Assembly (NCBI GenBank): GCA_964581565.1
Contig: CAZOOZ010000004.1
Span: 82,115 to 146,114, forward strand
From: an uncultured Eubacteriaceae bacterium
Lineage (GTDB): Bacteria; Bacillota; Clostridia; Eubacteriales; UBA1433
DNA: 64,000 nucleotides
Reading direction: 5' to 3'
Shown here: positions 1 to 9,689 of the stretch, in pieces
Numbering within the stretch: the stretch's first letter is position 1
Layout: each line of letters begins with the position of its first letter
Notes under the pieces: model-generated
The model's input: only the letters and a program-made list of their open reading frames with translations
What the model was told of the DNA's origin: nothing
Database searches by the model: none
Made by a program: the position numbers and the translations under genes

Positions 1-1265
1 CCGCCGGCATTTCGGAAATCAGTCCAAAACAATGGATATGATTTATTCACACAATCAGCATAAGTGACGGTAACATTATCTTCGCAGATAACTGATGCAA
101 TTGCGGAAGCCATAGCGATACGATGATCATGAGCCGTATTGACTGTGCCGCCCTGCAGTCTGCCTTTTCCATTTATTATAATGCCGTCTGATATTTCTAT
201 AATATCTCCGCCAAGGGATAAAATCATATTTATAGTAAGCTTTACTCTTTCCGGTTGTAACTGCTTAAGTTTTCTTATTCCTGTGATTTGCGTAATACCC
301 TGAATGGAGGATGATAAAACCGCTATGATTGGTAATATATCAGGCATTGTTTCAATATTTAGTTTAATACCGTTAAGGATATCTTCTGTTTTGACTTTAA
401 TACCGTTCCCTTTTCGTATTATTTTTGCACCGGTATTGGAAATATATTTTAAAAAAGATTTTTCCGGTTGCTTTGATTTTATATCCAAGCCTTGCGAAGT
501 TATATTACAGCCTAATGCAGAAGCACACAGCCATAAAGAGGCAAAAGAATAATCTGCTTCAATTGTATAATCAAAAGCATTATAACGTTGGTTTCCGCTA
601 ATAAAAAATTCGTGCAAATCTTGGCTGCATTTTATAGTAATTCCGGCTTTTTGCAGCATATCAATCGTTATAAGAATATTATCTGTGTTGTTAGATGGCG
701 TACTAAGCCGAATCGTGGAGTCTTGTTTTAGCAATGGTAATATCAATAAAAGAGAAGAAATTGTTTGTGGTAATTCAACTCTATACAGTCCGGGGTGTAA
801 CAAACCCTGTATCATTAAAGGAAGATTGCCATTATAATCTTCAAACATTATTTCTTTTTCAAAAAACATATTATAAAAATCTTGAAAGGATTTCTTGAGC
901 AGAGAATATGTTGATGTAAATACAATTTGTTTGTTTGTAGTGAGAGCCAAAGGAATGATATAACGCAGTGTGCTGACGCTTTGCCTGCAATCAATGGTGT
1001 TGTTTTTAATATGTAAAGGAAAACGTCCGGTAATTTTTAATGTAAAAAAATCCGGGCGATCTTCTTGAAGATATAATATATCGCAACCAAATGATTCTAC
1101 GGCTTTGATTGTTGCTATTACATCATCCGATAGCATGACATTATGTACAGTGCTAGTTCCGCAAGCCAACGATGCACAAAGTATCGCCAAATGCGTATAG
1201 CTTTTTGAAGGTGGTATGTGAATATTTGCGCTTAAAGTTTTTGGAGTGATTTCAATTATTTTCAT
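1..1265 (-). CDS. aroA: 3-phosphoshikimate 1-carboxyvinyltransferase (EPSP synthase); C-terminus runs off the left window edge
   Basis: Not in the ORF track because it has no stop in the window. My translation of the minus strand from ATG 1265 (alternative in-frame ATG 1277) gives MKIIEITPKTLSANIHIPPSKSYTHLAILCASLACGTS...AHDHRIAMASAIASV. This shows the P-x-SKS and DHRIAM motifs of EPSP synthases. Confidence 0.8.
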   Translation of the reverse strand, partial: MKIIEITPKTLSANIHIPPSKSYTHLAILCASLACGTSTVHNVMLSDDVIATIKAVESFGCDILYLQEDRPDFFTLKITGRFPLHIKNNTIDCRQSVSTLRYIIPLALTTNKQIVFTSTYSLLKKSFQDFYNMFFEKEIMFEDYNGNLPLMIQGLLHPGLYRVELPQTISSLLLILPLLKQDSTIRLSTPSNNTDNILITIDMLQKAGITIKCSQDLHEFFISGNQRYNAFDYTIEADYSFASLWLCASALGCNITSQGLDIKSKQPEKSFLKYISNTGAKIIRKGNGIKVKTEDILNGIKLNIETMPDILPIIAVLSSSIQGITQITGIRKLKQLQPERVKLTINMILSLGGDIIEISDGIIINGKGRLQGGTVNTAHDHRIAMASAIASVICEDNVTVTYADCVNKSYPLFWTDFRNAG

Positions 1266-1371
1266 AGTAATACCCATATATTTATTGCAGCGAATATGTA
1301 TAAAAATATATAATAAATTATAATACAAAAACTGCCCTAACGAGCAGTTTAATATTTAAATATTTTTACGG

Positions 1372-2484
1372 CTATTTTAAATTTTCCGGATTTAAACATT
1401 GAAGCTCATCGATTACAAAAATACCATTATCTCTTATTAATGTATCATCAAAATAAATTTGTCCTCCCCCGTATTCAGTTCTTTGTATACAAACTAAATC
1501 CCAATGTACAGCAGAACGATTGCCGTTATCGGCTTCTCCTATATATGCCGATCCTGGAGTGAAATGGAAAGAACCAGCAATTTTTTCATCAAATAAAGTA
1601 TCCATCATCGGTTTTAAAATATACGGATTAATACCTAAAGAAAATTCACCTATATATCGTGCACCTTCATCGGTATCTAATACATGATTTATTCTTTCGT
1701 CATCATTACATTTTGCGCTAATAATTCTACCGTCTTTAAATTCAAAACATATATTGTCAAATATAAACCCATGATATTCAGAAGGAGTATTATACATCAA
1801 AGTGCCATTTACACTATTTTTTACGGGGGCGGTAAATATTTCGCCGTCAGGAATATTCATTTTTCCGGAGCATTTAACGCTTGGAATATCTTTAATAGAG
1901 AAACTCAGATCTGTATTGGGACCGGTAATGCGAACGTTGTCTGTTTTATCCATCAAGGTTTTTAATGCGTTTAAAGCTTTATCCATTTTGGAATAATCTA
2001 AATTACATACGTCAAAATAATAATCTTCAAAGGCTTCCAAGCTCATATTCGCTTTCTGGGCCATTGAGTTATTAGGATATCTCAACACAACCCATTTTGT
2101 TTTGTTGACTCTCTGATCTAAAGTAGGTTTCATAATTTTAGAATATTGGCGCATTTTATCCTTTGGCACGTCAGATAATTCCGCGGTGTTATCATTTCCT
2201 CTTACAGCGATATATGTGTCCATTTTTTTCATTTTATATAAAGATATATCGTTTAATAATTCTATCTGATCGTTTGTGGAACCTAAGAGAATTTGTCTTG
2301 TGAGTCTTGAATTGGATAATTCAATGTAAGGATATCCGCCTGCGGCATAGACTTCTTTTATAATTTGCTGTGCAAGACAAATCGTACTTTCACCTTCAAT
2401 ACTGATTAATACTTTTTCACCTGATTTTATTTCACAGGAGTAATTTACTAAATTTTTTGCAAGCTTACTGATTCTGTTAAACAT
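1372..2484 (-). CDS. M29-family aminopeptidase (AmpS/PepS, aminopeptidase T type)
   Basis: 370-aa ORF with NIPDGEIFTAP, GEFSLGINP and HFTPG segments typical of M29 aminopeptidases. Confidence 0.8.
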   Translation of the reverse strand: MFNRISKLAKNLVNYSCEIKSGEKVLISIEGESTICLAQQIIKEVYAAGGYPYIELSNSRLTRQILLGSTNDQIELLNDISLYKMKKMDTYIAVRGNDNTAELSDVPKDKMRQYSKIMKPTLDQRVNKTKWVVLRYPNNSMAQKANMSLEAFEDYYFDVCNLDYSKMDKALNALKTLMDKTDNVRITGPNTDLSFSIKDIPSVKCSGKMNIPDGEIFTAPVKNSVNGTLMYNTPSEYHGFIFDNICFEFKDGRIISAKCNDDERINHVLDTDEGARYIGEFSLGINPYILKPMMDTLFDEKIAGSFHFTPGSAYIGEADNGNRSAVHWDLVCIQRTEYGGGQIYFDDTLIRDNGIFVIDELQCLNPENLK

Positions 2485-2682
2485 AATGCCTCCAATTTAA
2501 ATTCTATTGTTCATTATAACATTCTAATGATAAAAAATACAAAATTTATTAAATTTTTATTTAAGTATATTAATATATTCATCATAAAAATAACATAAAT
2601 AAAATTGACTTCATATGATTTAGATTTATAATATTAATAAAATGACAAAAGGTGTGTTAAAAAATATTTAGGAGGAACTCAA

Positions 2683-3510
2683 ATGGCAAAAAAAATAACA
2701 ATTCCAGAATTTAAAATTTATAAGCAGGAAAACAAACGTTTTACAATGCTGACAGTGTACGATTACACAACTGCTAAAATTGTCGATGAGAGCAATGTAG
2801 AGGCTATTCTAGTCGGCGATTCTATCGGTAACATAGTATATGGCTTTGAAAGTACGACGCCGGTAACACTCGACATGATGGTGCTTGCAGCCAAGGCGGT
2901 CGTTAAAGGAGCTCCGAATACTTTTATCGTAGGAGATTTGCCTTTTGGAACATATAATGTAAGTTGTGAACAGGCTATAGAATCTGCAAACCGTCTCATG
3001 AAAGAAGGCGGCTGTGATTGTGTGAAACTCGAGGGTGGCATTGAAATGGCAGCTAAAATTGAAGCTATTGTTAAATCGGGCACTCCCGTAATGGGGCATA
3101 TTGGGCTGACTCCGCAAACTGCTGCAAGCTCTGGCGGCATGAGAGTTCAAGGCAAGACACCTGAAACAGCACAAAAACTAATTGATGAGATTAAAGCTAT
3201 CGAAGAAGCGGGCGCATTTTGTTGTTTAGTGGAATGCGTTCCTGTAGGAGTAGGCAAAGCAATGAGTGAGGCGGTCAGTATACCCATGTTTTCAGGAGGT
3301 TCCGGTCCTTATGGAACAGGTCATGGCCAAAACTTTTATGATATGTTCGGATTTTTCGGCAGAGCTCCAAAATTTGTAAAACATTATGGAGAATATCGGG
3401 AAGCATTTGTGCAAGGGCTTAATGAATTTAGAGATGATGTAAATAATAAAACATATCCTGCACGTGAACAATGCTACAATGTTAAAGTTGAAGGTTTTGA
3501 AGTAGACTGA
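2683..3510 (+). CDS. panB: 3-methyl-2-oxobutanoate hydroxymethyltransferase
   Basis: 275 aa with TMLTVYDY, ILVGDSIGN, GDLPFGTY and VKLEGG motifs. AGGAGG lies 7 nt upstream of the ATG. Confidence 0.92.
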   Translation: MAKKITIPEFKIYKQENKRFTMLTVYDYTTAKIVDESNVEAILVGDSIGNIVYGFESTTPVTLDMMVLAAKAVVKGAPNTFIVGDLPFGTYNVSCEQAIESANRLMKEGGCDCVKLEGGIEMAAKIEAIVKSGTPVMGHIGLTPQTAASSGGMRVQGKTPETAQKLIDEIKAIEEAGAFCCLVECVPVGVGKAMSEAVSIPMFSGGSGPYGTGHGQNFYDMFGFFGRAPKFVKHYGEYREAFVQGLNEFRDDVNNKTYPAREQCYNVKVEGFEVD

Positions 3511-3562
3511 GCATGTAAATTTTTTAGTTCATTTGAAAAAAATAAAAATTGAGGTAATAAAA

Positions 3563-4486
3563 ATGAAAATAGCTATTTTGGGTGCTGGAGCAATGGGCAG
3601 TTTATATGGTGGACCTCTTTCACAGAAAAATGATGTCTATTTAATCGATGTATGGAAAGAGCATATAGATACTATTAATTCCAAAGGATTGAAAATAAAA
3701 ATCAAAAATGAAGATAAGATCTATCGTCCAAAAGCAGTTATGAGCGCGGACGATGTGGGCATAGCAGATCTGGTCATGATCTTTGTTAAATCAGTAAATA
3801 CAGCAGAAGCCTTATCAAAAAGCAACTCCTTGTTTGGAGAAAAAACAATGGCTTTAACACTGCAGAATGGATATGGCAATGATGAAGATATTTTGCCTTA
3901 TGTGAAAAAAGAAAACTTGTTAATTGGTGCAACGGCTTCGGGTGCAACAGTTCTTGGACCTGGCTACATATTTCAAGCAGGTATCGGACCTACAAATATT
4001 GGTGTGCGTAAAGACGGATGTTTGGATAAAGCACAAAATATTGTGGATTTATTCAATGAAAGCGGTATAGAAACATATAAAGCTGACAATGTTTTGGAAG
4101 CTATTTGGACCAAACTAATGGTAAATGTAGGGATTAATGCCATCAGTGCATTACTTGGTACACGCAATGGATTTTTAGCAGAAAGCAAAGCGGCGTACGA
4201 TGTTGCATATGAACTTGTAAAAGAAGGGGTTGCGGTGGCAAAAGCCGAAGGATATAATTTGAGCGCGGCAGAAATATGTGAAAAATACTACATACAAGGA
4301 GCAAAAATCGTCGGCCATAATAGATGTTCTATGTTACAAGATGTTGATAAGAAAAGAAAGACCGAAGTTGAAAGAATTAATGGTGCGGTTTCAAGCATAG
4401 GGAAAAAATATGGAATCGCAACTCCCTATAATGACTTAATGGTCAAAATGATTAATGCTAAGGAAGATTCATATAATTTTGAATAA
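3563..4486 (+). CDS. panE: 2-dehydropantoate 2-reductase
   Basis: MKIAILGAGAMGSLYG Rossmann N-terminus and ApbA/PanE-like C-terminal half. The start was moved from the track TTG at 3533 to ATG 3563, which follows a GAGG SD. Adjacent to panB. Confidence 0.85.
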   Translation: MKIAILGAGAMGSLYGGPLSQKNDVYLIDVWKEHIDTINSKGLKIKIKNEDKIYRPKAVMSADDVGIADLVMIFVKSVNTAEALSKSNSLFGEKTMALTLQNGYGNDEDILPYVKKENLLIGATASGATVLGPGYIFQAGIGPTNIGVRKDGCLDKAQNIVDLFNESGIETYKADNVLEAIWTKLMVNVGINAISALLGTRNGFLAESKAAYDVAYELVKEGVAVAKAEGYNLSAAEICEKYYIQGAKIVGHNRCSMLQDVDKKRKTEVERINGAVSSIGKKYGIATPYNDLMVKMINAKEDSYNFE

Positions 4487-4500
4487 AAATAAGCCATACT

Positions 4501-6951
4501 TTAAGTATGGCTTATTTTTACGTCTTGCTTGAATATGACTTGATCGTCCTGAGCATCTACGAGAATTTTATTTTCTTTATTAATTTCGCTTTGAAGAATC
4601 GCTTCACTTAATCTATCTTCGATCAAGCTTTGTATTGTGCGGCGCAAAGGTCGTGCACCGTATTCTAAATTTGTTCCTTTTGAAGCAATTAATGTTTTTA
4701 CATTTTCTGTAAATTCTATGTTCAAATCCATGTCATGCATTCTGGCTGTAAGTTGATTTAACATGATATCAATGATTTGCTTAATATCATTATTATTCAA
4801 TTTGTGGAATACGATGATTTCATCTAATCTGTTCAAAAACTCTGGTTTTAATCCCCTGCGCAGTTCGTCTAAAACACTTTCTTTCATTTTTTCGTATTCA
4901 TCAGCATTTTCATCTTTGCTGCTGGTGAAACCGAGAATAGATGATTTTTTTATTGTATGTGCTCCTATGTTCGAAGTCATAACGATAATGGTATTTCTAA
5001 AATCTACGGTCTTTCCTTTTCCGTCAGTCAATCTGCCGTCTTCCATAATTTGCAGAAGAATATTGAGTACGTCGGGATGTGCTTTTTCAATTTCGTCCAG
5101 TAAGACAACGCTATATGGTTTCCTTCTGATGCGTTCGGTCAATTGACCGCCTTCATCATAGCCCACATATCCCGGAGGAGAGCCTATCAACCGGCTCACA
5201 GCATGTTTTTCCATGTATTCGCTCATATCTATTCGTATAACCGAATTTTCATCGCCAAACATCACTTCCGCCAATGCCTTGCATAGTTCTGTTTTGCCCA
5301 CACCCGTTGGACCCAAAAATATAAAGGAACCTATAGGACGTTTTGGATCTTTCAAACCTACGCGAGACCTTCTTATGGCGCGGGAGAGTGCATTGATTGC
5401 TTCGTTTTGACCAACGACGCGTTTATGCAATATTGCTTCCATATTTAAAAGTCTTTCAGTTTCTTCTTTAGCTATTTTTTCTATAGGAATATTTGTCCAT
5501 TCCGATATAACTTTTTCTATATCTTTTATTTCGACACTTGAATAAATACTTGCGGTATTTGTGTCGGACCATTTCTTTTTAATGTCGGATAGCTTGTCTT
5601 TAATTTCTTTGATTTCGTCTCTGACTTTAGCTGCTTTTTCGTAGTCTTGAATGGCTACCGCTTCTTCTTTTTCCTTGTTTAATTTTTCCATTTCTTTTTC
5701 AAGTTTGCTTATTTGAGGCGGCGCTGTGAGCAGGCTCATTTTGACTTTTGATGCTGCCTCGTCCATTACATCAATGGCTTTATCAGGCAAGTATCTATCA
5801 TTAATATATCGGTGAGATAAATTAACTGCTGCACGTACTGCGTCATCTGTGATTTTTATTTTATGATGAGCTTCATATTTGTCTCTCAAGCCAAATAAAA
5901 TTAATATTGCTTCTTCAACGCTCGGCTCCCCTACTTCCACGGTCTGGAATCTTCTTTCGAAGGCAGCATCTTTTTCAATGTATTTTCTGTATTCATCAAT
6001 GGTCGTGGCACCGATGGTCTGCATTTCTCCTCGAGCCAAAGCAGGTTTTAAAATATTGGCGGCATCAACGGCACCCTCTGCCGCTCCTGCGCCTATAATT
6101 GTATGAATTTCATCGATAAATAGAACAATGTTGCCGCTCTCTTTAATTTCATGAATAACATTTTTTAAACGCTCTTCAAATTCACCTCTGTATTTCGCAC
6201 CTGCTATCATAGAAGGCAGATCTAAAGTAATTAACCGTTTATTTTTTAATGTTTCAGGAATATTGCCTTCTATCATCTTTTGAGCCAGTCCTTCTACGAC
6301 GGCAGTTTTTCCTACTCCAGGTTCACCGATTAAACAAGGATTGTTTTTTGTTCTGCGAGATAATATTTGAATAACCCTATTAATTTCTTTTTCTCTGCCG
6401 ATGACAGGATCGAGCCTTCCTTCTTCCGCAAGCTTGGTTAAATCGGTACCGTATTTTTCTAAATTTTGATTTTTAGTATCAGTCATACTTGCTTGTGTGT
6501 GTTGTTTATTTGGTGCATCGGACAGTATTGAAGTAATTTCTTTTCTGACCTTTTCAAAATCTATACCTGCGCTCGATAAAATATTTGCGGCAACACCGTT
6601 GCCTTCTTTGAGCAGACCCAGTAGTAAATGCTCGCTTCCAACAAATCCTTGATTTAATTCATTGGCAACGACAATGCTTTCCTCGAGCACTTTTTTCATG
6701 CGAGGAGTATATCCCAATAAGTCTTGACCGGCTTTCCCCTCTCCTACTATGTTGATTATATTAAATCTGATATTTTCTTCGTCTATGCCCATGCTTTCCA
6801 GTACTTCATACGCAACCGTATCATTTTGCATTAAAATACCCAAAAGCAAATGTTCTGTGCCGATATAATTATGGCCTAAAGATAAAGCTTCATCTCTGGC
6901 GAAAATTAGTGCTTGCTGTGCTTTTTGTGTAAACTTACCAAATATTGACAT
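4501..6951 (-). CDS. clpC: ATP-dependent Clp protease ATP-binding subunit ClpC
   Basis: 816 aa with an N-terminal Clp repeat domain, two Walker A motifs ([16 protein letters not shown]) and a UVR-like middle domain. It is the last gene of the mcsA-mcsB-clpC operon. Confidence 0.95.
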   Translation of the reverse strand: MSIFGKFTQKAQQALIFARDEALSLGHNYIGTEHLLLGILMQNDTVAYEVLESMGIDEENIRFNIINIVGEGKAGQDLLGYTPRMKKVLEESIVVANELNQGFVGSEHLLLGLLKEGNGVAANILSSAGIDFEKVRKEITSILSDAPNKQHTQASMTDTKNQNLEKYGTDLTKLAEEGRLDPVIGREKEINRVIQILSRRTKNNPCLIGEPGVGKTAVVEGLAQKMIEGNIPETLKNKRLITLDLPSMIAGAKYRGEFEERLKNVIHEIKESGNIVLFIDEIHTIIGAGAAEGAVDAANILKPALARGEMQTIGATTIDEYRKYIEKDAAFERRFQTVEVGEPSVEEAILILFGLRDKYEAHHKIKITDDAVRAAVNLSHRYINDRYLPDKAIDVMDEAASKVKMSLLTAPPQISKLEKEMEKLNKEKEEAVAIQDYEKAAKVRDEIKEIKDKLSDIKKKWSDTNTASIYSSVEIKDIEKVISEWTNIPIEKIAKEETERLLNMEAILHKRVVGQNEAINALSRAIRRSRVGLKDPKRPIGSFIFLGPTGVGKTELCKALAEVMFGDENSVIRIDMSEYMEKHAVSRLIGSPPGYVGYDEGGQLTERIRRKPYSVVLLDEIEKAHPDVLNILLQIMEDGRLTDGKGKTVDFRNTIIVMTSNIGAHTIKKSSILGFTSSKDENADEYEKMKESVLDELRRGLKPEFLNRLDEIIVFHKLNNNDIKQIIDIMLNQLTARMHDMDLNIEFTENVKTLIASKGTNLEYGARPLRRTIQSLIEDRLSEAILQSEINKENKILVDAQDDQVIFKQDVKISHT

Positions 6952-6963
6952 AATTTTTATCTC

Positions 6964-7983
6964 CTATCTTAATAAATTTCTTATATATTCAGCGCGTTTC
7001 TGATTTATGCATTCTTTATTTTCATCGATTTCTATAAGACCTTTTAATATTGCCGGATGGATATTTTTAATGATTTCATTAATTTGATCAATGGTAATAG
7101 TGGTTATGATACCCATATCCACCCCCAAGCGTATAATTGATAATAATTGCATTGCTTCTTTTAAATCAATCGTCTGTGCATAAGTAAGGATGCCATATGA
7201 ACGCATTATCTTGTCTTTAATAGCGCAGTTATCTTTTTCAAATAACATATTTCTAAGTGCTCGTTCACGTTTAATAACGCCTTTTGTAACGGCTTTAACA
7301 TTTAATAATATTTCATTTTCAGTCATGCCCAAAGAATTTTGATTTGAAATCTGAAATAAGTCACCAATGCTTTCTGTGCCTTCGCCGTAAATTCCTCTTA
7401 TTGTAAGGCCGTATCGGCTTACGGTTTTCAAAATCCCGTTTATATTATGAGTGAGTGTTAATGCAGGCAAATGAAGCATAACAGACATTCTTATACCGGT
7501 ACCTAAGTTTGTCGGACATGAGGTTAGATATCCATAGCGATCGTCAAAGGCATATTCAATTTTCTCTTCCAGTAAATCGTCAATTTTATTTGCCATATCA
7601 TATGCATTTTCTAGCGACAGACCGGGAAGTATACATTGTATTCTTATATGATCTTCTTCATTAATCATAATGCTGATTTTTTCATCTTTATTGATTAATG
7701 CACCTGCACCGTTTTTTTTCAATGCTAAATTAGGGCTTATCAGATGCTTTTCAATAAGTGTCTCTTTTTCATCTTCTTTGATATTTTCAATAGAAATATA
7801 ATTAAATTCCTTCGATATATAACTATTTGAATCCAAGATTGCCGTACATACTTCTGCACATACTTTTTCAAGTACATCTGAAGATGCTTTATGCGGGAAA
7901 ATAGTGTTTTTTAAATTTCTCGCTATTCTGACTCTTGTACTAACAGCAATATCAGAGGTGTTCTCATTTGCTTTCCAAGTCAA
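6964..7983 (-). CDS. mcsB: protein arginine kinase McsB (ATP:guanido phosphotransferase)
   Basis: 339 aa with an ATP:guanido phosphotransferase catalytic region (CPTNLGTGIRMSVMLHLP), positioned between mcsA and clpC. Confidence 0.9.
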   Translation of the reverse strand: MTWKANENTSDIAVSTRVRIARNLKNTIFPHKASSDVLEKVCAEVCTAILDSNSYISKEFNYISIENIKEDEKETLIEKHLISPNLALKKNGAGALINKDEKISIMINEEDHIRIQCILPGLSLENAYDMANKIDDLLEEKIEYAFDDRYGYLTSCPTNLGTGIRMSVMLHLPALTLTHNINGILKTVSRYGLTIRGIYGEGTESIGDLFQISNQNSLGMTENEILLNVKAVTKGVIKRERALRNMLFEKDNCAIKDKIMRSYGILTYAQTIDLKEAMQLLSIIRLGVDMGIITTITIDQINEIIKNIHPAILKGLIEIDENKECINQKRAEYIRNLLR

Positions 7984-8004
7984 AACAATCGCCTCTTTCT
8001 TATA

Positions 8005-8490
8005 TTATTCATTATATGCTTTTATTAAATCTCTGTATTCTGCGGCTTTTTCATAATTTTCATTGCGAACTGCTTCTTCTAATTTGGCTTGTAAAATCGT
8101 TATTTCCTGTTGCTTTTTAATATCATGCTGTTTACTTTTAATTATTTTACCCATATGCTGTTCTTTTCCATGGATGCGCTTGATAATTGGTTGTATAACT
8201 GAAGAAAAATTATCATAGCAAGCGTCGCATCCAATTTTGCCGTATTTCATCAGTTCTTCATAACTTAAATTACACTTACCGCATTTTAAGGTTGATGTAG
8301 CATTATTCTCTTCTTCGTTTTGTTCATTTTCTATATTTAATAGCGCACTGATAAAATTATCAAACATATAACTGTTTAATACGCTTTCTTTTGCGCAGTC
8401 TTCACATAAATACAATTCGGTCTTTTGACCGTTATCAACCATTGTAAAAAAAACAACGGCTTCTTTTTTGTTACATTTATTACATAACAT
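8005..8490 (-). CDS. mcsA: McsA, activator of protein arginine kinase (Cys-rich zinc fingers plus UVR domain)
   Basis: 161 aa with four CxxC pairs (CNKC, CEDC, CGKC, CDAC) and a C-terminal UVR motif (LEEAVRNENYEKAAEYRDLI). Confidence 0.9.
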   Translation of the reverse strand: MLCNKCNKKEAVVFFTMVDNGQKTELYLCEDCAKESVLNSYMFDNFISALLNIENEQNEEENNATSTLKCGKCNLSYEELMKYGKIGCDACYDNFSSVIQPIIKRIHGKEQHMGKIIKSKQHDIKKQQEITILQAKLEEAVRNENYEKAAEYRDLIKAYNE

Positions 8491-8502
8491 AATTATACTC
8501 CT

Positions 8503-9282
8503 TTAATCATCGTTATGATCACATATGATTTTATATACGACTCCCCGATTTAAATTGAGGACTTCAGCTATTTTTCTTATTGATAAATTTGTATTATTTT
8601 TCAAAAATAGAACTATTTGTATTCTTTTTTCGATGTATTCTTTTTTGTGTAGATTACTTAGTAATATATCCGTAATGTTAAAATATTCTTTTATCAAAGC
8701 CTTAGCATCTATCAGTTCATTAGTGTTATTATTTAAATCCAAGATACAATCATTGCAATCTTCATTGATGAACTCTAAAAAATAAGTATATGTTCGAGGG
8801 TTTTGATTCATACAAGAGCATTGCTGTATATAATCATAATATTCATAATATATATCTTTTGCATTAACAGATAAAATTCTTTTATAATTATTCTGATTCG
8901 ATGTCGCATGATTTATGAAATATCTTATTACTTGTAAAAATCTATCTTCATCATAAATAGCCTCACTTAAATATCGGCTATAAAACACATGACCGTATCT
9001 GGAATTTTTTCTATTATAGTAGGCCGCATAGCTAATATTTACCCTCTTCATGATTTCTGCTATATTTAATAAATTTTCTTTTATTAAAAAATGAGCGTGA
9101 TCATCTAAAATACAATATGCACATACATCGTAGTTTTTATTTAAAGATTTATTGCGAATTATTTCAATAACCTTCTTTTTATCTTCATATTCAAGGAAAA
9201 TATTTTCTGAACTATTTCCTCTAACTATTGTATGATATATTTTCGAATTGTGATAATTTCTAGCTTGTCTTGCCATATGCAC
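8503..9282 (-). CDS. Y1/HUH (IS200/RAYT-like) transposase-fold protein with C-terminal helix-turn-helix, occupying the ctsR position
   Basis: 259 aa. N-terminal IYHTIVRGN, HUH motif in ILDDHAHFLI, then YGHVFYSRY and IRYFINH (candidate catalytic Tyr region). C-terminal LSIRKIAEVLNLNRGVVYKI is HTH-like. The gene ends 13 nt before the mcsA start. Confidence 0.65.
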   Translation of the reverse strand: MHMARQARNYHNSKIYHTIVRGNSSENIFLEYEDKKKVIEIIRNKSLNKNYDVCAYCILDDHAHFLIKENLLNIAEIMKRVNISYAAYYNRKNSRYGHVFYSRYLSEAIYDEDRFLQVIRYFINHATSNQNNYKRILSVNAKDIYYEYYDYIQQCSCMNQNPRTYTYFLEFINEDCNDCILDLNNNTNELIDAKALIKEYFNITDILLSNLHKKEYIEKRIQIVLFLKNNTNLSIRKIAEVLNLNRGVVYKIICDHNDD

Positions 9283-9293
9283 CCCTCGAAATG

Positions 9294-9322
9294 ATTATAG
9301 CATGAAATAATTAAATTGACAA
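9294..9322 (-). promoter_or_regulatory. candidate sigma-A promoter for the 8503-9282/mcsA/mcsB/clpC operon
   Basis: On the minus strand: TTGTCA (9322-9317), 17-nt spacer, TATAAT (9299-9294), about 12 nt upstream of the ATG region at 9282. Confidence 0.5.
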
Positions 9323-9353
9323 TAGGGACAGATAATATTGTCAATTTAATTAT
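9307..9353. promoter_or_regulatory. 18-bp perfect inverted repeat (ATAATTAAATTGACAATA - 11 nt - TATTGTCAATTTAATTAT), operator-like; may also terminate the upstream small ORF
   Basis: The arms at 9307-9324 and 9336-9353 are exact reverse complements. The left arm overlaps the -35 of the operon promoter. Confidence 0.6.
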
Positions 9354-9366
9354 AAAAATTATTATT

Positions 9367-9561
9367 TTATTGATTAAAAAAACTATCTAATCCATAAGCA
9401 GCGGCATAACATAGTACACTTAATGTGGAAATAATTGACCATGCCAATTCAATCGAATGACTCTCTTTATACATTTTAAATTCATCCATTGTATTGTTTT
9501 CTTGAACTGCCTGATCTGTAACATCATTAAAGCATAATTTATATCCTTCTCTTCTAATCAT
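9367..9561 (-). CDS. small hypothetical protein with a C-terminal hydrophobic helix
   Basis: 64-aa ORF with AGGAG 6 nt upstream of the ATG. The C-terminal segment WSIISTLSVLCYAAAYGL is hydrophobic. No recognisable family. Confidence 0.45.
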   Translation of the reverse strand: MIRREGYKLCFNDVTDQAVQENNTMDEFKMYKESHSIELAWSIISTLSVLCYAAAYGLDSFFNQ

Positions 9562-9689
9562 AAACTACTCCTAAAATATATTCATATTATAATAAATTAG
9601 GCAGCAGCAATAAATGTGATATACTATTTATTAAATTTTATTTGAAATGATTTATCATAACAATAAATAGTAAAAGAAGGACTAAATTT

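Noticed and set aside
304-552. 82-aa plus-strand track ORF near the left edge
   Set aside because: It lies antisense within the aroA coding region, which is identified on the minus strand by its motifs.
9307-9353. Whether the palindrome upstream of the clpC operon is a CtsR box or a CIRCE element
   Set aside because: CtsR sites are direct heptad repeats and CIRCE has a different sequence and a 9-nt spacer. This is an 18-bp inverted repeat with an 11-nt spacer and an unrelated sequence.
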